Shown: positions 1 through 8,985, numbered from the stretch's first letter. The stretch is 64,000 bases of DNA from Minisyncoccia bacterium (GCA_044356325.1 JBIKWJ010000002.1:94327-158326); one strand, 5' to 3'. Notes: generated from the letters alone by a model not told the origin. Numbers and translations are program-made.

Positions 1-58
1 AGGATATTCAGTAAATATTCCCCGTAAAAATATATAGGAAAATAGAATTACCCACAAC

Positions 59-67
59 TTATCCACA
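59..67. promoter_or_regulatory. Perfect DnaA box TTATCCACA
   Basis: Exact 9-mer consensus read in sequence. A second copy lies at 397-405. Confidence 0.4.
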
Positions 68-396
68 ATATTACCATAACTAAATGGGAGTTTTTTGGTT
101 ATAAACATCAAACACCCCCATATCAAAAAAAGTAATATATCGAGACTATACAAATATATTGTAAGATAGGGTGAATTAACTCCTTGTAGGGGGTAACTCA
201 CAAGAGTTGTGCGTATTAAAAAGGGAATACTAATTCCTATTAATCCCAATACTATTGGTATACTTGCCTTTTTCATCTCTTTTCTTTATCGATATTCAGT
301 GTTTCTGTGTTCAAGAGCAATATAGTATGCTATTATAATCATATCATATACAAACTATATGGATAATTTGCATATAATCCTATACTTATACCCAGG

Positions 397-405
397 TTAT
401 CCACA
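397..405. promoter_or_regulatory. Perfect DnaA box TTATCCACA
   Basis: Exact 9-mer, about 20 nt upstream of the yvcK start. Confidence 0.4.
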
Positions 406-426
406 ATTACCCCCTAGATAAAACTC

Positions 427-1413
427 ATGGCATTCAAAAATATTGTTGTTATTGGTGGAGGAACAGGAAGTTTTACCGTATTATCTGGACTTAAAGTTTT
501 TAACAATCTCAATCTTCAGGCCATTGTCACTATGGCGGACAATGGTGGTTCTACAGGGAAATTGAGAGACGAGTTAGGAGTCCTACCCCCGGGAGATGCT
601 CGGCAATGCCTGGTAGCCTTAGCTGAATCTCCTGAAACTCTAAGAGAATTATTCAATTATCGATTTGACTCTGGGGAATTATCTGGACATAATTTTGGAA
701 ATTTATTTTTGTCAGCTCTTGAAAAGGTTACGGGAAATTTTGAGGAAGCTATCAAAACCGCAAGTAATATCCTGTCAATTAGAGGCCAAGTTATACCTGT
801 TACTACCGAAAATATACATCTTGCACTTACTCTTGGCAATGGAGATATTTTATTAGGAGAAGATTGTATTTCCTCATCTGAAATCCTCTCCCAACATAGC
901 GTAAAACATATTGAATTAACTCCTGAGACAGAAATCAATCCCAAAGCCTATGATGCCATTATGAAAGCTGATAGCGTCATTATTGGGCCGGGAAATTTTT
1001 ATTGTAGTTTAGCTCCCAATATGATTGTACCTGGTATGAAAGAAGCTTTGAGCAAAACTTCCGCCCAGATTATTTATAATGTGAATTTAATGTCTAAAGT
1101 TGGACATTCCAATAATTGGTCAGTAGAAAAACATATTGATGAATTACATCGATTTATTGGAGCAGAGGTCATAGATATTGCATTATACAATACCACACAA
1201 CCAGATAAAGAATTAGTAGAGAAATATAAAGAAGAAGGAGAACCTGTTGTCCGGGGCACTAAATCATCTAAAAGAGGCAAAACCGCCCTTATTGGAGGAG
1301 ATCTTATTGCAGACACTATATTTATCAATTCCAATAAAAAAGACCCTATACGCCGCACTTTAATCCGTCATGATCCTTTAAAATTAGCTGAGGCTTTGTA
1401 TCGACTGATTTAA
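427..1413 (+). CDS. yvcK: YvcK/CofD-like (UPF0052) gluconeogenesis factor family protein
   Basis: N-terminal VVIGGGTGSFTVLSGLK and MADNGGSTGKLR motifs typical of the YvcK/CofD family. Full-length 328 aa ORF. Confidence 0.8.
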   Translation: MAFKNIVVIGGGTGSFTVLSGLKVFNNLNLQAIVTMADNGGSTGKLRDELGVLPPGDARQCLVALAESPETLRELFNYRFDSGELSGHNFGNLFLSALEKVTGNFEEAIKTASNILSIRGQVIPVTTENIHLALTLGNGDILLGEDCISSSEILSQHSVKHIELTPETEINPKAYDAIMKADSVIIGPGNFYCSLAPNMIVPGMKEALSKTSAQIIYNVNLMSKVGHSNNWSVEKHIDELHRFIGAEVIDIALYNTTQPDKELVEKYKEEGEPVVRGTKSSKRGKTALIGGDLIADTIFINSNKKDPIRRTLIRHDPLKLAEALYRLI

Positions 1414-1435
1414 TTATAAATTATTTTATTGTCGC

Positions 1436-1700
1436 CTTAAATTCCCCTCGTTGAGGAGTACCCGAGATGAGGTTGTCGTCGACAAAAGGGATTATATACA
1501 TTAATATCCTAATAGTAGTAAATTGCTATAGTATTTGTCCTCCTTTGGAGGAGGTGGTCACTGTCGTATTTATACGGGAGTGGCCGGAGGTGGATAGAGT
1601 TCTAGTTTGTGTTCTATCCACCCCCGCCTTTTAGGCACCCCCTCCAAAGGGGGACAAAAAATATTCCCATTTAAGCTAGCGATCTTGCAGTCGCCCGTAG
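1436..1700. repeat. Mosaic array of GC-rich hairpin modules (families A, D, E, F and C)
   Basis: Contains aaattcccctcgttgagg, gtcctcctttggaggaggtg, the ccggaggtggatag ... ctatccaccc inverted pair, ccccctccaaagggggac and gcagtcgcccgtag. The same modules recur in more than 15 other intergenic sites. Confidence 0.8.
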
Positions 1701-2245
1701 CATTCATACGTTCAAAACCAAAACAGATTGTATAAGAAAACCTCTGGGCATCGTTGCTCAGAGGTTGTTATTTATATGGTGGGAAGTATTGAGGAAGAGA
1801 TTTTTAATCTCTTTAGCTGTGTGAAATCCGCTAGAGAGTTGATTTGATACCCTATCATTGTCTTGGTAAGCCATCACCTCACCAACTAGCATAAGGACAA
1901 CCTCTAGATATAGGTGAAGAGGCTTAAGAGCCTCTGCACTGTGTGGATCACACTAGGAAACTGATACTTTTCCCGACCTTGGTAGGCCTAACCCCACCAA
2001 CTAACCGAGAAACACAAAGCAGTTCCTAACTTGATTTAATAGTAGCTACCACCAAACGGGGCAAAAACACTTCCCAATAAAATTATATCAGATTCAAAAC
2101 ACTTGTCAATATATTGTATGAGATGAGGAGATGGTGGTGGATTTTGTATCAAAGGTTTTATCCCTCCATATAAACTAACCTAAACAGAAACAGAAAACCC
2201 CCGCATAGTGGCGCGGGGGAGGGGTTGAGTTGAAATAGCATTGTA

Positions 2246-2560
2246 TTAAACTCGAATAATTTCATGTATTTTTAATGTCTCTCTACCATCTTCACTTAAA
2301 CCTGCTACACTCACGGCCCGACCTTCTTGTTTGGCTTGAAGAGCTTTCTGCAACAGGTTCATACCTCTTGTAAACAACTCCTCTACAGTGATACCTAGTA
2401 CCTGAGCAATTGTATAACTTAATTCCATAAATTGCTGTAATTGTTGGCGTTCCTGGTCACAGAATGGTTCAAGGAAAACTGTGTGGAGATTTGAGTCTAA
2501 GCTTGTATCCATGGAAGGCTGTTGATACAACACCTCTACTGTACTACATCTCCCTAGCAT
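2246..2560 (-). CDS. Hypothetical protein (104 aa)
   Basis: ORF followed on the minus strand by the hairpin cccccgcatagtggcgcggggg plus a T-run at 2198-2219. No family recognised. Confidence 0.4.
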   Translation of the reverse strand: MLGRCSTVEVLYQQPSMDTSLDSNLHTVFLEPFCDQERQQLQQFMELSYTIAQVLGITVEELFTRGMNLLQKALQAKQEGRAVSVAGLSEDGRETLKIHEIIRV

Positions 2561-2639
2561 TGTAAAGGGTTTATGAGACTATTTGATATTTTTAAAATAG
2601 ATATATACAAAGTCACTCATATCAAAAACATTCAAAAGC

Positions 2640-2680
2640 ACTTGCAATTTAAGTTATAATCTGTTATTTTAATGCTAATC
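2640..2680 (+). promoter_or_regulatory. Copy 1 of a 40-bp direct repeat cttgcaatttaagttataatctgttattttaatgct (promoter-like: TTGCAA N17 TATTTT)
   Basis: An identical 40-mer recurs at 3054-3092. Each copy is immediately followed by an ATG-initiated small ORF. Confidence 0.4.
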
Positions 2681-2884
2681 CATGCTGTTCTTTTTATGAC
2701 AAGTCTCTCAAAGTTAAGAGAAAATCTTTTGACAATTTACGGAGCAGGAAAAGAATTTTTAGATATAGTTTTTACACTATTTTATCTAATTATAAAATCA
2801 ATAATATGTCGTATAAGTCCAAAAACATATAATATATTAACTCCATTAAGAGCTAAGCTGAGTATACAAAGTCGCAGAAAATAA
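2672..2884 (+). CDS. Small hypothetical ORF (70 aa) downstream of the repeated promoter-like 40-mer
   Basis: ORF track. AT-rich with no family match, so it may be non-coding. Confidence 0.25.
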   Translation: MLIHAVLFMTSLSKLRENLLTIYGAGKEFLDIVFTLFYLIIKSIICRISPKTYNILTPLRAKLSIQSRRK

Positions 2885-2889
2885 TAAAA

Positions 2890-3045
2890 CAGAGGGGTAA
2901 ACCCTCTGCTACGAAAGTCCTCCTCCGTCACCTTACGGTGACACCTCCCCCAAGGGAGGACAACCTATTGTCCCTCGCTGGCGAGGGGGGTACCGCTTGC
3001 GGTGGGTGTGGACGGGCGACTGAAAGGTCGCCCCTACGAGAATAC
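2890..3045. repeat. Mosaic hairpin array (families D, G and C)
   Basis: Contains gtcctcctccgtcaccttacggtgacacctcc, cccaagggaggac, ccctcgctggcgaggg and gggcgactgaaaggtcgcccctac. Confidence 0.8.
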
Positions 3046-3053
3046 AGAGGGCT

Positions 3054-3092
3054 TGCAATTTAAGTTATAATCTGTTATTTTAATGCTGACAC
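3054..3092 (+). promoter_or_regulatory. Copy 2 of the 40-bp direct repeat (promoter-like)
   Basis: Exact repeat of 2640-2680. Confidence 0.4.
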
Positions 3093-3093
3093 A

Positions 3094-3285
3094 TTGATCC
3101 TTTCCCATCCTATGACCATGTCTCAAATACTGAAGTCTGGTTTAGCAGAGATGGGAATAACCCCTCTCATAGTACTAGCCTATGAAGCATCAAAAGCAGT
3201 TCTCTATTTGATAAGCCCACCCCTCTATCACAGACTAGCCCCTATGAGGAGCGTCTTAAGTAGATTACGTAATAAGAAGAAATAA
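3094..3285 (+). CDS. Small hypothetical ORF (63 aa)
   Basis: ORF track. Follows the repeated 40-mer and precedes a bidirectional terminator. Confidence 0.25.
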   Translation: MILSHPMTMSQILKSGLAEMGITPLIVLAYEASKAVLYLISPPLYHRLAPMRSVLSRLRNKKK

Positions 3286-3302
3286 CCCCCACCAAATCAA
3301 AA

Positions 3303-3335
3303 GGAGAGCTGATATCAGCCCTCCCTTTTTATTTT
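3303..3335. terminator. Bidirectional hairpin terminator between the small ORF and typA
   Basis: ggagagctgatatcagccctcc stem flanked by A and T runs. Confidence 0.5.
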
Positions 3336-3337
3336 CC

Positions 3338-5143
3338 TTATCGATTAGATCTCTTTCGCTCATTGGAATCTAATACTCTTTTGCGAATTCGAAGACTCAT
3401 TGGAGTTACCTCGAGGAGTTCATCATCAGCCAAATATTCAATACTAGCTTCTAGAGACATATCTTTAGGAGGAGCAATAAATACCCCATCATCAGATCCA
3501 GAAGCTCGCATATTGGTAAGTTTCTTTGCCTTTACTGGATTAATTTCTACATCTTGCTCACGATTAGACTCTCCAAGCACCATACCTGGATATACTTCTG
3601 TTCCATCAGTTACAAAGAATACCCCTCTATCTGAAGCTCCATCGAGAGCATATTTGGTAATTTTCCCAAGTTCCAGAGAGACAATAGATCCGGTTAAACG
3701 ACCCTTACCACTAGATACTCGAGGTCCATATTCTAGAAAAGAACTATTCATAATCACAGTTCCTTTAGACAGGGTAAGAAGAATACTTCTAAGTCCAATC
3801 AAATTCTGTGTAGTAATCTTATATTCAATATGAGACTCATTATGATCATTGATTTCCATATTCACAAGCTCACCCTGTCGTTTATTGACAGCTTCAATGA
3901 TTTTACCGCTATATTCTTCTGGTACATCTAAACTTAATAGCTCATAAGGCTCTTCGGTAGCTCCATTATTGTCTCGAAGGATTACCTGAGGTCGCCCCAC
4001 TGAGAATTCATATCCTTCTCGTCGCATAGTTTCAATCAATACCGCTAAATGAAGCTCTCCGCGTCCCGCTACCAAAAATCTATCAGGACTTGCAGTATCT
4101 TCAATATTCAAGCTAATATTGGTCTCTTGCTCCTTATACAATCTATCTCGAATCATACGAGAAGTAGAATATTTTCCTTCTTTGCCTGAGAAAGGACTAT
4201 CATTAATCGCAAACATCATTTGAAGAGTTGGGCTTTCCACCTCAATAGGAGCTATTTGTACCGGATTTTGAGAGTCCGCAATAGTATCTCCAATTTCAAT
4301 ACCTCCTATTCCTGCAATAACCGCAATATCTCCCGCAATTAATTCATCAGTATCAATAAGTTCCATACCACTATATCGGAGTAGACTGGTAATAGTATTT
4401 TTGGTCTGATTACCTGCCTTATCAATACGCACTACTGACATACCTTTTACAATTTTCCCAGCATCAATTCTACCTACAGCCATAGTCCCTTTGAATTTAT
4501 CAAATTGAAGATTCAAGGTAAGCATTCTAAATGAATCTACAATAGGAGATGTTGGAGCTGGGATTTCATTGACAATCACATCAAATAATTCAGTCAAATC
4601 CTTATCTGTTTGATCGATTTCAAGAGATGCTGAGCCATTAATAGCAGAAGCATATACAATAGGGAAGTCTAATTGTTTATCATTAGCATTAAGCGTTACG
4701 AATAAATCAAAAGTCTTATCCACTACAGAGTCTGGATTAGCATCAGGCCGGTCAATTTTATTAATTACCACAACTACTCTAAGCCCCAAAGCTAAAGCCT
4801 TTTTGAGTACAAATTTGGTTTGAGGCATTGGACCTTCTTTAGAATCCACCAAAAGCAAAGCTCCATCAGCCATTTTAAGTACTCGCTCTACTTCTCCTCC
4901 AAAATCAGCATGACCAGGAGTATCAATCAAATTAATAGTATAATCTTTATAGCTAACTGAGGCATTCTTGGCTCTAATAGTAATACCTTTTTCCCGCTCC
5001 AAATCCATAGAATCCATCACACGCTCTTGCACAGCCTGATTTTCTCGAAAAATCTGAGTTTGATGCAAAATAGCATCCATCAAAGTAGTTTTACCATGAT
5101 CAACATGGGCAATAATGGCAAGATTACGGATATGGGAATTCAT
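3338..5143 (-). CDS. typA: Translational GTPase TypA/BipA
   Basis: IRNLAIIAHVDHGKTTL G1 motif, DTPGHADF and NKIDR. Length and domain order match BipA. The track start is a TTG, so the ATG at 5143 was chosen. Confidence 0.9.
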   Translation of the reverse strand: MNSHIRNLAIIAHVDHGKTTLMDAILHQTQIFRENQAVQERVMDSMDLEREKGITIRAKNASVSYKDYTINLIDTPGHADFGGEVERVLKMADGALLLVDSKEGPMPQTKFVLKKALALGLRVVVVINKIDRPDANPDSVVDKTFDLFVTLNANDKQLDFPIVYASAINGSASLEIDQTDKDLTELFDVIVNEIPAPTSPIVDSFRMLTLNLQFDKFKGTMAVGRIDAGKIVKGMSVVRIDKAGNQTKNTITSLLRYSGMELIDTDELIAGDIAVIAGIGGIEIGDTIADSQNPVQIAPIEVESPTLQMMFAINDSPFSGKEGKYSTSRMIRDRLYKEQETNISLNIEDTASPDRFLVAGRGELHLAVLIETMRREGYEFSVGRPQVILRDNNGATEEPYELLSLDVPEEYSGKIIEAVNKRQGELVNMEINDHNESHIEYKITTQNLIGLRSILLTLSKGTVIMNSSFLEYGPRVSSGKGRLTGSIVSLELGKITKYALDGASDRGVFFVTDGTEVYPGMVLGESNREQDVEINPVKAKKLTNMRASGSDDGVFIAPPKDMSLEASIEYLADDELLEVTPMSLRIRKRVLDSNERKRSNR

Positions 5144-5398
5144 AAACAATACAAAAATAAGTAATATATGTGCTCTTTTTGTTTATTGTACCTAAATATC
5201 AATAAAAATGCAAATGTATGACTTCACATCATCCACACTTTACTATAAATGTCACCTCTTGACATTTATGATAGGTGGGTGTATACTAGAATTCTGCTTA
5301 AGCAAAAGCAATACAAGTCAATATTATATGTACATATCAAGAGGAGCGTTGAGCTCCTCTTGTCGTATAGAAACTGTTCCATGTGGAACAATTTCATA

Positions 5399-5470
5399 GG
5401 GGCGACCTCGCAGTCGCCTGTATTCTCCGCCTTATAAAAAACCAGCCCTCCGAAAGGATCGGGGGCTGGG
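5399..5470 (-). terminator. Family-C hairpin remnant plus minus-strand terminator (ccagccctccgaaaggatcgggggctgg then a T-run)
   Basis: Inverted repeat with a T-run on the minus strand immediately 3' of CDS 5491-5799. Confidence 0.55.
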
Positions 5471-5490
5471 ACTAGGAGGAGGGAGGAGCC

Positions 5491-5799
5491 TCAGAGGTAG
5501 GAAAAATCAAGCCTTGAAACCGCGCGATAACCATCCTTACAGGAAGTGCCTTCAGGCAAGCTAAAGCGAATTCCCCAGAATCCTTGATTGTAGCCTGAGC
5601 GAGCTACCACAACCACCTCAATATCATTGTCCGTAAGGCACGGGAAGTCACGTTTGGCCTCAACAGCTAACTCATTCAAAAACGCGATACTGTGTTGATA
5701 GGTGTTGGCAGATAGAATAAATCCATTGGGGGATGTAAACTCATCGCGAGTTGGGTTGGTTGAGCTGTATGCGGTTACAATACGTTTGTCGTAACTCAT
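5491..5799 (-). CDS. Cassette ORF, hypothetical protein (102 aa), GC-rich relative to flanks
   Basis: Bounded by the conserved promoter at 5830-5857 and the terminator at 5436-5470. Composition is visibly richer in G and C than neighbouring genes. Confidence 0.5.
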   Translation of the reverse strand: MSYDKRIVTAYSSTNPTRDEFTSPNGFILSANTYQHSIAFLNELAVEAKRDFPCLTDNDIEVVVVARSGYNQGFWGIRFSLPEGTSCKDGYRAVSRLDFSYL

Positions 5800-5829
5800 T
5801 TTCCGTGTTGGCGTTGGACGGAAACAAAT

Positions 5830-5857
5830 TTACCACATTTTCCTCTTTTTGTCAATA
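5830..5857 (-). promoter_or_regulatory. Conserved cassette promoter (minus strand reads TTGACAAAAAGAGGAAAATGTGGTAAATT)
   Basis: TTGACA, 17 nt, then an extended -10. The same about 30-bp element occurs at more than 10 sites in the window. Confidence 0.6.
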
Positions 5858-5889
5858 TTATATATCGCATTATCTATTAAACTAGACCT

Positions 5890-5985
5890 AAGATTACGCT
5901 TTATCCACCCCCGCCTTTCAGTTTTTTTCAAAGGGGGGCAAAAAACCCCCGAACAAGTCGGGGGCTGGGGTTAGGATTAGTGTAG
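5890..5985. repeat. Hairpin modules (E and F) plus the terminator for 5987-6193
   Basis: Contains ctttatccacccccgcc, caaaggggggcaaaaaaccccc and ccccgaacaagtcgggggctgggg. Confidence 0.6.
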
Positions 5986-5986
5986 G

Positions 5987-6193
5987 TTAATCTACCCATC
6001 GGTTGAGGTGTTTTTTTTCATTATCGTGGTCGTGGCCTAGAATTATTGACATTAGGGTTAAGTACTCGAGTATTCTCGATATTTCGTTAGATTTGAGGCC
6101 AGAGATTACTACAACCACTATTTTCTTCGGTATGTTCGGTATGGGAGAATCGGGGGAGATGTTGGGATTGAGATTGCGGTCAAGACTATCCAT
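5987..6193 (-). CDS. Small hypothetical protein (68 aa)
   Basis: TAGGAG lies 9 nt upstream of the ATG and a terminator hairpin lies downstream. No family recognised. Confidence 0.35.
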   Translation of the reverse strand: MDSLDRNLNPNISPDSPIPNIPKKIVVVVISGLKSNEISRILEYLTLMSIILGHDHDNEKKHLNRWVD

Positions 6194-6262
6194 TAAAAGA
6201 ACTCCTATTCTAAGGGTGGGTTAACAAATAAAACATACCATATGTTTTTATGATTGTCTATG

Positions 6263-6427
6263 GTATATCTCATCTTATTCAGAATTCCACCCTGTCAGGC
6301 AAGCCTGCCACCCCTCAAGAGGGGAATATATAAAAATGTACTGTACGAAAAATTCCCCTCTTGAGGGGTGCCCGTAGGGTGGGGTGGAATAACGGGCGAC
6401 TGAAAGGTCGCCCCTACACTACATAAT
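6263..6427. repeat. Mosaic hairpin array (families L, B, A and C)
   Basis: Contains gtatatctcatcttattcaga, ccaccctgtcaggcaagcctgccacccctcaagaggggaat, aattcccctcttgaggggtgcccgtagggtggggtgg and gggcgactgaaaggtcgcccctac. Confidence 0.8.
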
Positions 6428-6498
6428 TATATTCATATTCCCTTCGACAAAGGCATCAAAGTGTTCTATACTAAAACTAATCTTATAATCACAAATCT

Positions 6499-7086
6499 AT
6501 GAAATATTTTCACAAAACCATTATCTGGTTCACCTATATCAGTCCTATTGTATTCATCCCTTTAGCTATACTTACTCCTGCGTTAAGATCAGATTATGGG
6601 AAAAAGTTTGGGACTATAGCTTTATTATTATTCGTAATAACCCTTATCCCCAGCATTATTCAACGCTTTGGCCTGTCAAAACAATTCAGCCTTATTATTA
6701 AATTAATACTACCAGTACGCAGGCAATTCGGAATTTTGATGTTTATGGCAGCTTTTACCCATTATCTTGCAATGAAAGTAATACCGGTAATTCAATACAA
6801 ATTACCGGTATATTTACCCCTATACCAAGCATTTGGAGTATTGGCAATGATTCTCACCCTTCTGATGTTCCTCACCTCTAATAACTGGGCTACACGCAAA
6901 CTTAAAGGAGATTGGAAGCGACTACATAGAGCAACATATCTTATCGGATGGTTGATATTTGGACATGTGTTATTGGGTGGACTTAATTCAGAAGGAGAAA
7001 TATCTCTACAAGCCATTCTTATTGGTACTGTGATGGTATTAGAAGTTGCTTCTCTTATCAAGGCTAAAGTTAATGTGTTAGCGTAA
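6499..7086 (+). CDS. Ferric-reductase-like transmembrane protein (MsrQ/YedZ-like heme-binding membrane subunit)
   Basis: Polytopic membrane protein with conserved His in FTHYLAM and LIGWLIFGHVLLGG, as in the MsrQ family. Confidence 0.5.
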   Translation: MKYFHKTIIWFTYISPIVFIPLAILTPALRSDYGKKFGTIALLLFVITLIPSIIQRFGLSKQFSLIIKLILPVRRQFGILMFMAAFTHYLAMKVIPVIQYKLPVYLPLYQAFGVLAMILTLLMFLTSNNWATRKLKGDWKRLHRATYLIGWLIFGHVLLGGLNSEGEISLQAILIGTVMVLEVASLIKAKVNVLA

Positions 7087-7090
7087 AATA

Positions 7091-7720
7091 TTATCCCAAA
7101 TGGGCATGATCATTCCAGGTAATAATATTCCAGTCTTTTTGATCTTCATCAAATTGCATCCAAACTATTCCCGTATTACTCATAACTAAGTTATTAGTAA
7201 CCACTTTGGCTTCTTTTGCTGTCACATGAGACCCAAATAAACGATACCAGACCAAACAATGTAGGAAATTCTTATGGGTTACGATAATAATATTATCTTC
7301 TTCCCTAGACTCAATAAATTCAAAGGCTTTTTGAGCTCTTAATTTTAAATCTTCAAAATTTTCCTCATCAGAATGTCTATAATCTGATATTTCCCAATTA
7401 TCTGCAATTTCTTTATCTATAGCTTTTAATTCTTCCAGCTCTTTACTCTTTTCTTCTTGAATAGATGGTCTTTTTTTCTCAACAAATAATTCGTTTTCTT
7501 CAATAGGCAAATTAACAATTTTAGATATATATTTAGCAGTATCATAAGCCCTTGCATAGGGACTTGTTATAAGTAAATCCGCTGAGATATTATTAAACCG
7601 ACTAGCTATTTGCTGAGCTTGCTCATGACCTAATTCAGATAATGGGATACTAGCTGATTGATATATCCGCAATGCATTTCCCTCTGATTGTCCATGGCGC
7701 ACAAAATATATATTTTTCAT
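7091..7720 (-). CDS. Histidine phosphatase family protein (phosphoglycerate mutase-like)
   Basis: FVRHGQSEGN catalytic motif near the N-terminus. The track start (7822) runs through the tRNA trailer element and is trimmed to the ATG before MKNIYFVRHG. Confidence 0.75.
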   Translation of the reverse strand: MKNIYFVRHGQSEGNALRIYQSASIPLSELGHEQAQQIASRFNNISADLLITSPYARAYDTAKYISKIVNLPIEENELFVEKKRPSIQEEKSKELEELKAIDKEIADNWEISDYRHSDEENFEDLKLRAQKAFEFIESREEDNIIIVTHKNFLHCLVWYRLFGSHVTAKEAKVVTNNLVMSNTGIVWMQFDEDQKDWNIITWNDHAHLG

Positions 7721-7852
7721 ATGTGGATCTGACTGGGATACAAACCAGACTCTCGTCTTAGGAAACCCACGTTTTCCCAACCTTCCTAGACAGGAAACTG
7801 CCGTTTCCCGACCCCTTCCCAACTGGTTCGCTCCTATATTATTAATTTACTG
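7721..7852 (-). other. tRNA-associated trailer element: two GC hairpins plus a degenerate duplicate of the tRNA-Ala 3' end
   Basis: 7724-7757 tggatctgactgggatacaaaccagac resembles the tRNA 3' end tggacctgactgggatcgaaccagcc (about 80 percent). Between them lie ggaaacccacgttttcc and ggaaactgccgtttcccgacccc, the same element found 3' of tRNA-Arg. Confidence 0.6.
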
Positions 7853-7925
7853 TGGACCTGACTGGGATCGAACCAGCCACCTCCTCGGTGCAAGCGAGGC
7901 GCTCTACCAAATGAGCTACAGGCCC
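7853..7925 (-). tRNA. tRNA-Ala (anticodon TGC)
   Basis: Manual fold of GGGCCTGTAGCTCATTTGGTAGAGCGCCTCGCTTGCACCGAGGAGGTGGCTGGTTCGATCCCAGTCAGGTCCA. It has the G3:U70 pair, anticodon loop CTTGCAC and T-loop GGTTCGATCC. Confidence 0.85.
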
Positions 7926-8040
7926 TAATTACAGATTAGAGTATATCAGATTGTCATTATCTATGCAAGAGGAGCGAATAGAGAACTATTAGCTCTATAC
8001 CAATAATATAATACTCCTATAGGAATATTATATTATAATA

Positions 8041-8075
8041 AAAAATCTCGGTCGCTGAGGCGGCCGAGATTTGGG
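8041..8075. terminator. Bidirectional terminator hairpin (atctcggtcgctgaggcggccgagat)
   Basis: Inverted repeat with A and T runs on both sides. It lies 3' of minus-strand CDS 8101-8673. Confidence 0.5.
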
Positions 8076-8100
8076 GTGTATTCACATTAAATGTTATTGG

Positions 8101-8673
8101 TCATACACTTAATTGCTGTGATAATTGAGTGTAATCACAAATCAATTGTCTTATCTGTTCTGAAACCCATTTAAGCGCTATTTCTTTAACAGCTTCTAAA
8201 TCTTTAGTAACTTCTAAGCTTGGAGCCTTGTCAATTACCTTTGTGATTGAATTATGCTTTTCACTCCGTATATATGTATATACTTCTAACCACCAAGTAT
8301 CTATATTTGGTATACTCCGTCGAAGATGTAACCTCACAATATTCGGTGGTATTGTGATTGATACTGTATCTGAAATATTACTCCAAAGAATAGTTTTATT
8401 ATACATTTGAGTGTGCTCACGGGTTAATTGTATCACCTCTTCTAAAAGCCATTTACATGCTTGTGCTCTAGCAGACTCTAAACTGGTAGCACTCTCTAGA
8501 TAGGCATGGAATGTGGTACTAAAGAATTTATTGTATACAAACAAATACCATTTGGAGTCTACTTTTTCGATTCTTAAATCTGTATCATTCTCCTGAAATG
8601 TTAATGAGCCTTGCATTGAGCTATGGGCACCTTGATCTATAGGAGCTTGGCCAGTTAAAGTGTGTGAGGTCAT
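8101..8673 (-). CDS. Hypothetical protein (about 190 aa)
   Basis: ORF track. The start is uncertain and MTSHTLTG was chosen. No family recognised. Confidence 0.4.
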   Translation of the reverse strand: MTSHTLTGQAPIDQGAHSSMQGSLTFQENDTDLRIEKVDSKWYLFVYNKFFSTTFHAYLESATSLESARAQACKWLLEEVIQLTREHTQMYNKTILWSNISDTVSITIPPNIVRLHLRRSIPNIDTWWLEVYTYIRSEKHNSITKVIDKAPSLEVTKDLEAVKEIALKWVSEQIRQLICDYTQLSQQLSV

Positions 8674-8714
8674 GATAAAAACAACATACCTCTTAAAACA
8701 TATCATATTATGTC

Positions 8715-8985
8715 ACTTTTGTCTACGATGTATCTCATCTTATTCAGAGATAGGAAGAATAATAGATTGGGAGTGATGTTTTCGTAGCGGAGGGTTTATC
8801 CCTCCACTTCGTAGAGGGGGGTAACTTAACTGTCCTCCTTTGGAGGAGGTGACCCCTCCCATACTTCAGTTTGGGAGGGGTCGGAGGTGGATAATAAGTA
8901 GTCTATATTTTAACTAAAAATTAAAACTCTATCCACCCTCCCCCTGCGGGTACTCCCTCCGAAGGGAGACAAGTATCTGTGGCTA
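8715..8985. repeat. Mosaic hairpin array (families L, K, D, J, E and F)
   Basis: Contains tgtctacgatgtatctcatcttattcaga, cgtagcggagggtttatccctccac, gtcctcctttggaggaggtg, cccatacttcagtttgggaggg, ggaggtggataa ... ctatccaccc and ctccctccgaagggagac. Confidence 0.8.

Noticed and set aside
1740-2050. RNase P RNA call for the ORF-free region
   Set aside because: A weak resemblance to P10-12 (GGTGAAG..GGCTTAAGAGCC) was noted, but no P4 strands (GGAAAGTCCGGGC / ACAGAA.CCGGCTTA) were found on either strand. It is downgraded to a generic ncRNA candidate.
657-5149. Antisense and overlapping ORFs inside yvcK (657-944, 665-856, 1074-1358) and typA (3363-3833)
   Set aside because: Fully embedded in well-supported genes on the opposite strand or in an alternative frame. 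No independent signals.
7721-7822. N-terminal 34 codons of track ORF 7091-7822
   Set aside because: The extension runs through the tRNA-Ala trailer element and the duplicated tRNA fragment. The histidine-phosphatase catalytic motif begins right after the internal ATG at 7720.
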